Below, piece by piece: positions 9,371-18,295 of a stretch of 64,000 nucleotides of DNA. Position numbers and translations under genes: made by a program. Within the stretch, counting starts at the first letter, position 1, and each line of letters starts with the position of its first letter. Source of the DNA: Candidatus Latescibacterota bacterium (GTDB lineage Bacteria; Latescibacterota; UBA2968; UBA8231); assembly GCA_963422735.1 (NCBI GenBank), contig OY730476.1, positions 480,001 through 544,000 on the forward strand, in the 5' to 3' direction. The notes under the pieces are model-generated. The model was not told where the DNA came from and did no database searches. It saw only the letters and a program-made list of their open reading frames with translations.

Positions 9371-10918
9371 ATGAACAGACGCAGACTGCCCATTGGCATT
9401 CAGACCTTCCACAAAATTCGGGAGCAGAACTGCTACTACGTCGATAAGACGGCCTACATCCGGCGGCTGCTCGACGAGGGTACACACTACTTCCTGTCGC
9501 GTCCACGGCGCTTCGGCAAGAGCCTGTTTCTGGACACGCTCAAGGAAGTATTCGAGGGCAACGAGCCGCTGTTTGAGGGACTGTACATCCACGACCGCTG
9601 GGACTGGTCGGTTCGCCATCCCGTCCTGCGACTCAGCTTTGGCAGCGGCAACTTTAAGGAGCCCGGCTACGTGGAGGCCTCTCTCATGGAGCAACTCGCC
9701 GCGGCCGAACGCCGGTCAGAGGTCGTCTCCGAGTACGCCACGGCACCCGGACGTTTTTCCTCTCTGCTGGAGGCACTCCACGACCGAGCCGGGCAGCCGG
9801 TGGTGGTGCTGATCGACGAATACGACAAGCCGATGCTCGATGCGCTAGAGGTGCCGGAGATCGCCCGCGCCAACCGCGACTTTTTGCGCGGCCTCTACGC
9901 GGTCATCAAGGACAGCGACGCGCACGTCCGCTTCACGTTCATTACCGGGGTGAGCAAGTTTTCTAAGGTGAGGCTGTTTTCCGGCCTCAACAATCTCACC
10001 GACATCACCTTAGACCCGCGCTACTCGGCCCTCTGCGGCTACACCGATGCGGACTTGGATACCGTGTTCGCACCGGAGCTTCCCGGCTTGGACCGGAACC
10101 AGATCCGCGACTGGTACAACGGCTACCGTTGGCGGGGCGAAGAGAAGGTGTACAACCCCTTCGATATTCTGCTCCTGTTCGACAAGCGCACCTTCGGGGC
10201 CTACTGGTTTGAGACCGGTACGCCGACATTTCTGGTTGAAACGCTGTGCCAGCGTCGCGTCCGTTCCCTCGAACTCGACTCTATGATCGGCAGCGATGAG
10301 TTGCTCTCGACCTTTGACGTGGATGATATAGCGACCGAGGCGCTGCTGTTCCAGACAGGCTATCTGACGATAACAGCGGAAGAAGATCTCGGCGGTGCAC
10401 GGGTCTACCGCCTCGGCTATCCCAACCGGGAGGTGCGACAAAGCCTCAACGAGAGTTTGCTGCGCTACCTCGTGCGGGATTCGACGCGGCAGATGGCCAA
10501 CAGTGTGCGGCTGTATCGGCTGTTGGAGGCCAATGATTTCGCCGGGCTGGAGACGCTCTTCCACGCTTTCTTCGCCAGTATTCCCTACGAGTGGTACACC
10601 AACAACGACATCGCCGATTACGAGGGTTACTACGCGAGCGTGTTCTACTCCTATTTCGCCGGGCTGGGGCTGGACATCACAGTAGAGGATAGCAGCAGCC
10701 ACGGCCGGCTGGACATGGCGGTTCTGTTCGACGGCCGCGTCTATCTGTTCGAGTTCAAGGTGGTCGAGATGGCGTCTGCGGGTGCAGCTATGAAGCAGTT
10801 GCAGGAGCGGCGGTATGCAGATAAGTACCGCGCTTTGGACCAGCCGATATACCTAATTGGCGTGGAGTTCAGCAAGGGTGAGCGCAATGTCGCGGCGTTT
10901 GACGTGGAGCGCGCCTGA
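9371..10918 (+). CDS. AAA-ATPase-like domain plus PD-(D/E)XK nuclease (PDDEXK_9) protein
   Basis: LPIGIQTF, YVDKT, SRPRRFGKS Walker A, LIDEYDKP Walker B, C-terminal GRLDM...YLFEFK; RBS AGGAGG. Confidence 0.92.
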   Translation: MNRRRLPIGIQTFHKIREQNCYYVDKTAYIRRLLDEGTHYFLSRPRRFGKSLFLDTLKEVFEGNEPLFEGLYIHDRWDWSVRHPVLRLSFGSGNFKEPGYVEASLMEQLAAAERRSEVVSEYATAPGRFSSLLEALHDRAGQPVVVLIDEYDKPMLDALEVPEIARANRDFLRGLYAVIKDSDAHVRFTFITGVSKFSKVRLFSGLNNLTDITLDPRYSALCGYTDADLDTVFAPELPGLDRNQIRDWYNGYRWRGEEKVYNPFDILLLFDKRTFGAYWFETGTPTFLVETLCQRRVRSLELDSMIGSDELLSTFDVDDIATEALLFQTGYLTITAEEDLGGARVYRLGYPNREVRQSLNESLLRYLVRDSTRQMANSVRLYRLLEANDFAGLETLFHAFFASIPYEWYTNNDIADYEGYYASVFYSYFAGLGLDITVEDSSSHGRLDMAVLFDGRVYLFEFKVVEMASAGAAMKQLQERRYADKYRALDQPIYLIGVEFSKGERNVAAFDVERA

Positions 10919-10932
10919 CAGACGAGGTAGAT

Positions 10933-11058
10933 GTGCTAGACGAACTGTGCAAAGTACGCTATGCCCGCTTCCGCTTGGAGATGGCGGCGGTCGGCCGGCT
11001 GAAGCTACCTCCCTACAAGGGATCAACCTTTAGGGGAGCCTTTGGCCATACCTTCAAA
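10933..11058 (+). pseudogene. cas6: N-terminal fragment of CRISPR-associated Cas6 (RAMP)
   Basis: LKLPPYKGSTFRGAFGHTFK matches the Cas6 N-terminal signature; similarity stops abruptly. Confidence 0.65.
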
Positions 11059-11071
11059 CTCGCGAGGTGGC

Positions 11072-11510
11072 TTCGCCCAAGTGGAATCCGCCTGCCAAGC
11101 GGCAAATCCCGACTTGCTCTATGCCGACCTCCTAACAGCTACCCACCGCACGCTAGCCCGGAACTGGGACGTCGAACCCGACGATGCAGAGAGCGTCCGC
11201 TTCGGCCAGTAGGTCGGAGACTGGTCGGCCTTTGCCGACGCGACCGAAGTGCTCGCCTATCTGAAGCACCACTACCGGCTAATCACCCTCACCAATTGCG
11301 ACCGCGCTAGCTACCGGGGCAGTGCAGCCCACCTCGGCAATCCCTGGGACGCGATCCTTACCGCCGAGGAGATCGGCACGTACAAGCCGTCGCTGGCCAA
11401 CTTTGAATTCTTGGTCGCTCGGGTAGCCGCGGACTTCGGCGGTGATGCCTGACTTCCGTTTCAAAAACATGGCCGAACTAGTCGCCCAGCATCGCACCGA
11501 ACGGGCCTGA
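11072..11510 (+). pseudogene. Haloacid dehalogenase type II (HAD) remnant
   Basis: FAQVESACQAANPDLLYADLL...FGQ*VGDWSAFAD...TAEEIGTYKPS; N-terminus missing, TAG at 11210, internal deletion before PDFRFKNMAELV. Confidence 0.75.
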
Positions 11511-11595
11511 ATCCGCCCCGTCGGCGTGTGGACGACAACGGAATGCGCCGCTAATTTCTAGGAATTGCACCCTTTTTGTCGGAGATCGAAATCCC

Positions 11596-12357
11596 ATGAG
11601 CACACCCCTCCACGGTCGCATCGCCTTAGTAACCGGCGCGGCTGGCGGTATCGGCCAAGCGATATGCCGCGCCTTGGCCGCTGAAGGTGCGATGGTCGCC
11701 TTGCATTACCTCACGCAGAAGGACGCTGCCCACGAGCTCGCCGCTGAGCTGGGCGGGGCTGCTTTTGAGGCCGATATAGCCCAAGCGGACGCCGCGCAGT
11801 TGCTGGTCGAGCGCGTGGTTGGGGAACTGGGCGGGTTGGATATTTTGGTCAACAACGCCGGCATCACCATCGGCGGGCAGTTCGTGGCCGATATGTCGCT
11901 GGCGGACTGGCATCAGGTACTCGATGTCAACCTCAATAGTGTCCTCTACATGTGCAAGGCCGCCCTGCCGCTGATGCGGGCGCGAGGCGGCGGCGCGGTC
12001 GTCAACATCGCCTCGAATGTGGTCAATACCCTGCCAGGCGGGGCCGCGGCGTATGCGACCACCAAGGCGGGGGTTGTGGCCTTGACGAAGGTACTGTCCA
12101 AAGAGGAAGCCGAGTACGGCATCCGCGTCAATGTGGTGTCGCCAGGGATCATCGACGCGGGGATGGGGCGCGGGGCGCTGGCGCGGCGGACGCCGGAGGT
12201 GCGGGCGCAGTTTCTCAGCACTATTCCCATGCGCCGGGCCGGTGGCCCCGAAGAGGTGGCTGCGGCCGTGGCCTTTCTGGTGTCTCCGGCGGCTAGCTAC
12301 GTGACCGGACAGCACCTAAGCGTCAACGGCGGCGACCGCACCGAGTCCTATCAGTAG
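11596..12357 (+). CDS. Short-chain dehydrogenase/reductase (FabG-like)
   Basis: TGAAGGIG, NNAG, YATTK. Confidence 0.9.
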   Translation: MSTPLHGRIALVTGAAGGIGQAICRALAAEGAMVALHYLTQKDAAHELAAELGGAAFEADIAQADAAQLLVERVVGELGGLDILVNNAGITIGGQFVADMSLADWHQVLDVNLNSVLYMCKAALPLMRARGGGAVVNIASNVVNTLPGGAAAYATTKAGVVALTKVLSKEEAEYGIRVNVVSPGIIDAGMGRGALARRTPEVRAQFLSTIPMRRAGGPEEVAAAVAFLVSPAASYVTGQHLSVNGGDRTESYQ

Positions 12358-12389
12358 GTTGCCCAAGCAAAGCCGCCCCTAGTTTGTGA

Positions 12390-12418
12390 TAGACACTTCA
12401 ACTAACAGTAACTATAAT
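12390..12418 (+). promoter_or_regulatory. Sigma70-type promoter for the murG-HEAT/mraY operon
   Basis: TAGACA (12390-95), 17-bp spacer, TATAAT (12413-18) in an AT-rich stretch. Confidence 0.7.
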
Positions 12419-12500
12419 AGATTATTAATGTTTATGAACTCGCCCCTCGCTGCGAAGAAGGCGGCGAAGCGCGTCCAATTGCCGAGACGACCTTACAAAA

Positions 12501-14513
12501 ATGAAATATTTGCTCACCGGCGGCGGCACGGGTGGCCACGTGTACCCGGCCTTGGCCATTGCCAACGAAATTCGGCAGACGCGGGCAGACGCCGAATTCC
12601 TCTACGTGGGCCATCGAGACAAACTGGATGCTTGGGTCGTGCCCGAGCAGGGGTACCCCATCCGCTTTGTGCGCGCCCGTCCCTTCCCTCGCACGCGTTC
12701 CCTTATTTCCCTGTTGCTATTCGCCTGTGCGCTCGCGGTCGGGGTTGTCCAAGGGGTGCTCATCCTCTTGCGCTACCGGCCCCAAATTATCATCAGCACG
12801 GGCGGCTTCGTCAGTGCGCCGATCCTCTTCGCGCATGGTGCGCTGGCCAAGGTCGGCCTTTCTCGTGCTCGCGTCTTTATCTACGAGCCGAATGCCCACC
12901 CTGGGCTTTTAAACCAAATTACCGGGCGGCTGGCGCAGCGAATTGGCGTGGCGTTTGAGCAGGCGGGCCGCTGGTTCGACATGAAGCGGGTGGCTGTAGT
13001 CGGCTATCCGGTGCGTCGCTCTTTTTTAAACCTCGATCGGCCGACCGCGCGGGAAAAGTTGGGCATTGCCCCAGGCCGCAAGGTCGTTCTCGCCTTTGGC
13101 GGGTCGGGTGGTGCCAAGGCCATCAACGAGGCCGTGCTCGAAGCCTTGCCCCTCTGGTGTGCGGCCGGGCTGGTGATCATCCACGTCACCGGCCGCTACA
13201 AGGGGCCGGATTACGACGCCGTGGCTGAGGCTGAGGCCGCTCTGGCCGCGATGGGGATGGAGGACGAATCCGACTGGTACCGCCGCCTCGATTACGCGGA
13301 TCAGATCGCCGATCTGATCGCAGCAGCCGATCTGGTCATTTGCCGGGCGGGCGCAGGTACCCTGACCGAGATGGCGGTCAGCAGGACGCCTACGCTGATT
13401 GTGCCGCTGCCGACATCGGCTGAAGACCACCAGGTGCTGAACGCTCGGGAGATGGAGCAGATAGGGGCCGCTCAGGTGCTCTATCAGGAGGCGTTTTGGG
13501 ACAACGCCTGCATCTTTAGCGGACTGGACGGCAAAAAACTGGCTCAGCAGGTGCTCGCGTTGTGCGCCGACGAGGAGCGCTTGCAGGCCATGGGCGAGGC
13601 CGCCAAGACCATGCCCAAGGCCAACAGCCTCGAACTGATCACGGCTGAGCTGGACAGCCTCATCGCCGGGCAGCGCCCGCCGGCACTGCGCTTGGAGTTG
13701 CCTCCGGCCAAAAGCGGTCTGCCGACCGCCCCCAACGCCCTGTTGCGCTGGGTGCAAGCGCGGGTCGCAGAGTTGGGGGGCGTGGAGGCGATGGAGCGCG
13801 GCGAGTTAGCCTATCTGCGCTATCAAGCCGATCGCCTGCTCGTGTCCGAGGGTTGGTGCGAAATCCCGCTAGGGCGGCGCAATGTGGGCATCAAGCTCGT
13901 TGCGGTCTTAAACTACCAAGAGCGGCTGCCATTGCTGCTACACATCCTCACCGACCGCACCCCGACCGGGTGGGTACGCCGTTTTTGCGGCGGGGACTTC
14001 CACCACGGAGGCATTGTGCGTCGCAATGTGGTCGAATACGGCCTGCGCGGCTTGGGGGCGACCGACGCGCAAACCCGGGCCGCGCTGCTGAACGCGCTAG
14101 AAGCGGACCCCTACTTCGAGGTACGAGCATGGTCGGCGCAGGCCCTCGGCGAGATGTTTGCAGCCGATGGCGAGATCGAAAGTGCGCTCTGCGCGGCCCT
14201 CGACGATAGCGCGCCGGAAGTGGTCGTCCAAGCCCTGAGTGCCCTTGGGAAAATAAGCCACAATCCCGACCTGCTAGCGCGGCTACGTCGCTTCTACTTG
14301 CACCCGAACTGGCAGTTCCGCGAGCAGGTCGTGCTAGTGCTGATCGAATTTTTGCAGCGCGGCGTCTTGGAGCCGGCGCAATTGGAGCGCGATCTCGACC
14401 AAGTCTTGATCTCAATGCCTTATTTTAAGCCGGAGTTCACCCTCGGCGCGCACCTGCGCGAATTGGCCGAGCACGTGCGCGCCGGCTTGCCACTGGCGGC
14501 CTCGCAGCGATGA
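12501..14513 (+). CDS. murG: MurG-like GT28 glycosyltransferase fused to a C-terminal HEAT-repeat domain (670 aa)
   Basis: GGGTGGHVYPALA, GGSGGA..IN, ICRAGAGTLTE, EDHQVLNA; about 280 extra residues with DPYFEVRAWSAQALG and LDDSAPEVVVQALSALG. Confidence 0.85.
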   Translation: MKYLLTGGGTGGHVYPALAIANEIRQTRADAEFLYVGHRDKLDAWVVPEQGYPIRFVRARPFPRTRSLISLLLFACALAVGVVQGVLILLRYRPQIIISTGGFVSAPILFAHGALAKVGLSRARVFIYEPNAHPGLLNQITGRLAQRIGVAFEQAGRWFDMKRVAVVGYPVRRSFLNLDRPTAREKLGIAPGRKVVLAFGGSGGAKAINEAVLEALPLWCAAGLVIIHVTGRYKGPDYDAVAEAEAALAAMGMEDESDWYRRLDYADQIADLIAAADLVICRAGAGTLTEMAVSRTPTLIVPLPTSAEDHQVLNAREMEQIGAAQVLYQEAFWDNACIFSGLDGKKLAQQVLALCADEERLQAMGEAAKTMPKANSLELITAELDSLIAGQRPPALRLELPPAKSGLPTAPNALLRWVQARVAELGGVEAMERGELAYLRYQADRLLVSEGWCEIPLGRRNVGIKLVAVLNYQERLPLLLHILTDRTPTGWVRRFCGGDFHHGGIVRRNVVEYGLRGLGATDAQTRAALLNALEADPYFEVRAWSAQALGEMFAADGEIESALCAALDDSAPEVVVQALSALGKISHNPDLLARLRRFYLHPNWQFREQVVLVLIEFLQRGVLEPAQLERDLDQVLISMPYFKPEFTLGAHLRELAEHVRAGLPLAASQR

Positions 14514-15616
14514 TCTACTACCTCGGAATTTACCTGCAAGATGCGGTCGAGGCTCTGTCGTTTTTGCGCTTGGTTGATTCGATCAGCTTTCGCGCCATCT
14601 GCGGCGCGATCACTTCGTTGATCCTTACCATTCTCTGCGGCGGGCGGGTCATCCTCTATTTCTACGGTCGGGGCCACCGCGACATGCCCCGCGACTATCT
14701 CAGCTCCGAGGCCGTCAGCAACCAAGCCAAAACCTATGGCGGCGGCCTAGTAGTCGCTGCGATCTTGATCAGCATCGGCCTGTGGTGCAAGCTGCACAGC
14801 CTCTTCGTCCTATTCTGCGCGGGGGCGATTGTCTGGTTTGCCGCGCTCGGCTGGATCGACGACTTCCTCAAGGTGCGCTATCGCTCTAGCGATCGCGGGT
14901 TGTCCGAGACGGCCAAATTGGCACTGCAAATAGCCTTTGGAATGGGGTTTGGTGCTGCGTACGTCACCCAAGTGTTCCCGGCGGAGTCGGCTGGCTTGGC
15001 GACCCAGCTCTATCTGCCCTTTTTCAAAAATCCGGTTCTCGACCTTTCGTGGGGCTATGTGCCTTTTATAGCCTTTACCGTGACGGCCATCTCCAACTCG
15101 GTCAATTTCGCCGACGGGATCGACGGCTTGGCTATTGTGCCGACTTCTTTTGTCGTGGCCGTCTTCGGGGTGTTCGCCTATGTGTCCAGCCACGCCGAGA
15201 TCTCGGCGTTCCTCATTTTTCCCTTTATGCCGGGCGTGGGGGAGGTCGCCGTGATCTGCTCTATCGTCTTTGGGGCCTGCCTCGGCTTTTTGTGGTTCAA
15301 TTCCTATCCGGCCAACGTCATCATGGGCGATACCGGGTCCATGGCATTGGGCGGCTTGTTGGGCACGGTCGCCGTCTTGGTCAAACAGGAGTTCCTCTTC
15401 CTGATCGTCGGGGGGATCTTCGTCGGCGAGACCCTGTCGGTGGTGATCCAAGAAAAGATCGGCATCCGGTGGCTGGGGCGGCGTTTTTTCACCCGCTCGC
15501 CGATTCACCACCACTTCCAACAGCGCGGCTTGGCCGACACGAAGATCGTCATTCGCTTCTGGATCGTGGCTGGCATTTTGGCGTTGTGCGGCTTGGCGAC
15601 GCTCAAGATCCGCTAG
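14510..15616 (+). CDS. mraY: Phospho-N-acetylmuramoyl-pentapeptide transferase, divergent
   Basis: GWIDDFLK, NSVNFADGIDGLA, FNSYPANVIMGDTGS, PIHHHFQ, LATLKIR; ATGA overlap with murG. Confidence 0.88.
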   Translation: MIYYLGIYLQDAVEALSFLRLVDSISFRAICGAITSLILTILCGGRVILYFYGRGHRDMPRDYLSSEAVSNQAKTYGGGLVVAAILISIGLWCKLHSLFVLFCAGAIVWFAALGWIDDFLKVRYRSSDRGLSETAKLALQIAFGMGFGAAYVTQVFPAESAGLATQLYLPFFKNPVLDLSWGYVPFIAFTVTAISNSVNFADGIDGLAIVPTSFVVAVFGVFAYVSSHAEISAFLIFPFMPGVGEVAVICSIVFGACLGFLWFNSYPANVIMGDTGSMALGGLLGTVAVLVKQEFLFLIVGGIFVGETLSVVIQEKIGIRWLGRRFFTRSPIHHHFQQRGLADTKIVIRFWIVAGILALCGLATLKIR

Positions 15617-15625
15617 TAGTGTAGT

Positions 15626-15765
15626 AGTGGTTAGTGGCCAGTGATTAGTGGTTAGCCCCCTAGAGGGCGTTGCGGGGCTGCACTAGCCACACTAGCCGCT
15701 GGCCACTGGCCACTGGCCACTAACCACTAACCACTAACCACTAACCACTAACCACTAACCACTAA
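15626..15765. repeat. Heptamer tandem repeats (CACTAAC and CACTGGC units) with an inverted arm (GTGGTTA/GTGGCCA)
   Basis: About 7 CACTAAC and 3 CACTGGC units at roughly 15697-15765; complementary units at 15626-15655. Confidence 0.9.
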
Positions 15766-16227
15766 GAGGCCATAGGCGCAGAGGAGGACGATGGCCGCGC
15801 CTAGCAGGAGGGCCGCGGATGCAGGAAGCGGCGCAGGCCAGCCGTTGACTTCCCGCTGATAGCGGCTGTACTCAGCCGCCAAGAGGCTGTAGCCGGAAAC
15901 AAGGGCGGCGATGAGGCCCGCGATGAAGCAGGTGATGACCGTGGCGTCGGCTGAGAAGGCGCGGGCGATGCTCGCAGTATATGCGCCGATGTTGATCAGC
16001 AGGCCGTACCTCTCCGTCAGCAGGCCGTAGAGGACGAGCCCCACGCAGAACGAGCCGACGACCAGCGCCGCAAAGATCGACAGCCAGTCGCGTGCAGCAG
16101 AGAGTGCTAAGAGGCACGTGCCAATGAACAAGTGGAGCCACATCGCGACATAAGCGTAGAAGAAGGGCGGGCGTTTAAACGGCGCGTGCCCCATTAGATA
16201 GTGGGAAAAAGTAGTGGACTTGGGCAT
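15748..16227 (-). CDS. Hypothetical membrane protein
   Basis: 159-aa ORF with about 5 hydrophobic segments. Confidence 0.6.
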   Translation of the reverse strand: MPKSTTFSHYLMGHAPFKRPPFFYAYVAMWLHLFIGTCLLALSAARDWLSIFAALVVGSFCVGLVLYGLLTERYGLLINIGAYTASIARAFSADATVITCFIAGLIAALVSGYSLLAAEYSRYQREVNGWPAPLPASAALLLGAAIVLLCAYGLLVVSG

Positions 16228-16283
16228 GATAATATGCGGCCAAAGATAGGCTGCGGCCCGGGTGCGTCAACGCATGGCCAACC

Positions 16284-18287
16284 ATGGAAATCCTGTCCAT
16301 CCCCATTGAAAAAGTCAAAGGCGTAGGAGCCAAACGCTCGTCCGCGCTCAAAGATGTAGAGATTCTGACGCTGGGCGATTTGTTGTATTATCTGCCGCGC
16401 CGCTACCTCGATCGCACGCAGATTTTGCCCATGGCCCGGGCGCCAATCGGCCAAGAGGTGACTCTCATCGGCCAGGTGCGCCAGACGCGCTTCATGCCCG
16501 GGCCGCGTCCGCGCTTCGTGATGGTGGTCGCCGACGAGACCGACGATATCACCTGTACCTTTTTTCAGGGGGGGCGCTACTTGCAGCGCAACTTTGCCGT
16601 TGGCGACGAGCTGGCCATAAGCGGCAAGATCGATCTCTTCCAAGGACGGCGGCAGATGGTCCATCCCGAGTACGAATTCATCCACGGGGAGGAGCGGCTC
16701 CACACGGGCGTCGTCGTTCCACTTTATACGACTAGTGCCGATCTGAAGGAGCGCGGCCTGCGCAGCCGGGGATTCCGCCGCTTGGTAAGCGGAGCGCTGG
16801 ACGCCTTTGACGAGCGAATTGAAGACGACCTGCCCACGGCCTTGCGGCAGCGCTTGGGCCTTGAAAAGCTGGGCGCTAGTCTGCGCCAGGTGCATTTTCC
16901 CGTCAGCCTCGCCGAAGCGGCGCGCGCGCGTCAGCGCTTAGCTTTTGGCGAGCTTTTTGCCTTTCAACTGCGTTTGGCGCAGCGGCGCAAAAAAAACCGC
17001 GAGCAGGCCGACGGCATCGCCTTCGCGCCTAGCGAAAAACTGGTGCCGGCCCTATGGGATTCTCTGCCGTTTGCCCCGACGTACGCCCAGCGCCGGGTCG
17101 TCGCCGAGATCGCCGCGCAGATGCAGCGCCCCCAAGCTATGAATCGCCTCGTCCAAGGCGATGTCGGCTCGGGCAAGACCTTGGTGGGCCTGAGCGCGAT
17201 GCTGATGGCCGTGGAGAACGGTTACCAAGCGGCGATGATGGCCCCGACCGAGATCCTCGCCGAGCAGCACTTTTTCAACATCCAAGCACTCGTCGCTCCC
17301 CTCGGCCTGACTGCGGTCTTCCTCAGGGGTGCCCAGCGCAAGGCACTCCGGCAAGAGCTATTGACGGCCATTGAAAGCGGCGCGGCTCACATTGCGGTGG
17401 GCACCCACGCGCTGATTCAGGAGCAGGTGCAATTTGCCCGCTTGGGGCTAGCCGTCATCGACGAACAGCACCGCTTTGGAGTCGTGCAGCGCGGTGCGCT
17501 CTACAAAAAGGGCGCAAAGCCCGATTTGCTCGTGATGACAGCCACGCCCATCCCGCGCACCTTGGCCCTGACCCTGTACGGCGAGCTCGACGTGTCGGTT
17601 ATCGACGAGTTGCCCCCCGGGCGCAGGCCGATCCGCACGGCTCTGCGCGGCAGCGAGCGCCGCGAGGCGATCTTTGAGTTTGCCGGCGATCAGGTGCGCC
17701 AAGGGCGGCAAGTGTACGTGGTCTATCCGCTGATCGAAGAGTCGGAAAAGGCCGATTACAAATCCGCGGTCGAAGCCTACGACGAGTTGCGCCACGGCCC
17801 ATTGGCCGAATTCGCAGTGGCCTTGCTACACGGGCGCATGGCGGCCGAAGAAAAGGCCGCGGTCATGGAGGATTTTAAGCAAAACCGGATCCAAGTCTTA
17901 GTCTGTACCACGGTCGTCGAGGTCGGCGTGGATGTGCCCAACGCCACGGTGATGATCATCGAACACGCCGAGCGCTTCGGCTTGGCGCAATTGCACCAGT
18001 TGCGCGGTCGCGTGGGGCGCGGTGGGGAGCAGTCGTTTTGCATCCTCATCAGCTACGCACGCGCCGGGGCCGAGCTGGCGGATTCGCGCGAGAGGCTCCA
18101 GACCATGGAGCGCACTCAAGACGGATTTGAGATCGCGGAAAAGGATTTGCAACTGCGCGGTCCGGGCGAATTCTTCGGCGTGCGCCAAGCCGGGATGCCC
18201 GCATTTAAGGTGGCGAATTTGGTCACCGACGGGGACTTGCTGCAAAGCGCGCGCGAAGAAGCCATGCGGATTGTAACCAGCGAATAG
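16284..18287 (+). CDS. recG: ATP-dependent DNA helicase RecG
   Basis: QGDVGSGKT, DEQHRFGV, MTATPIPRT, QLHQLRGRVGRG, DLQLRGPGE. Confidence 0.97.
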   Translation: MEILSIPIEKVKGVGAKRSSALKDVEILTLGDLLYYLPRRYLDRTQILPMARAPIGQEVTLIGQVRQTRFMPGPRPRFVMVVADETDDITCTFFQGGRYLQRNFAVGDELAISGKIDLFQGRRQMVHPEYEFIHGEERLHTGVVVPLYTTSADLKERGLRSRGFRRLVSGALDAFDERIEDDLPTALRQRLGLEKLGASLRQVHFPVSLAEAARARQRLAFGELFAFQLRLAQRRKKNREQADGIAFAPSEKLVPALWDSLPFAPTYAQRRVVAEIAAQMQRPQAMNRLVQGDVGSGKTLVGLSAMLMAVENGYQAAMMAPTEILAEQHFFNIQALVAPLGLTAVFLRGAQRKALRQELLTAIESGAAHIAVGTHALIQEQVQFARLGLAVIDEQHRFGVVQRGALYKKGAKPDLLVMTATPIPRTLALTLYGELDVSVIDELPPGRRPIRTALRGSERREAIFEFAGDQVRQGRQVYVVYPLIEESEKADYKSAVEAYDELRHGPLAEFAVALLHGRMAAEEKAAVMEDFKQNRIQVLVCTTVVEVGVDVPNATVMIIEHAERFGLAQLHQLRGRVGRGGEQSFCILISYARAGAELADSRERLQTMERTQDGFEIAEKDLQLRGPGEFFGVRQAGMPAFKVANLVTDGDLLQSAREEAMRIVTSE

Positions 18288-18295
18288 GACGTGCC

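Noticed and set aside
15626-15765. Possible CRISPR array (a Cas6 fragment lies about 4.5 kb away)
   Set aside because: Contiguous 7-bp units without unique spacers; no repeat-spacer array seen anywhere in the window.
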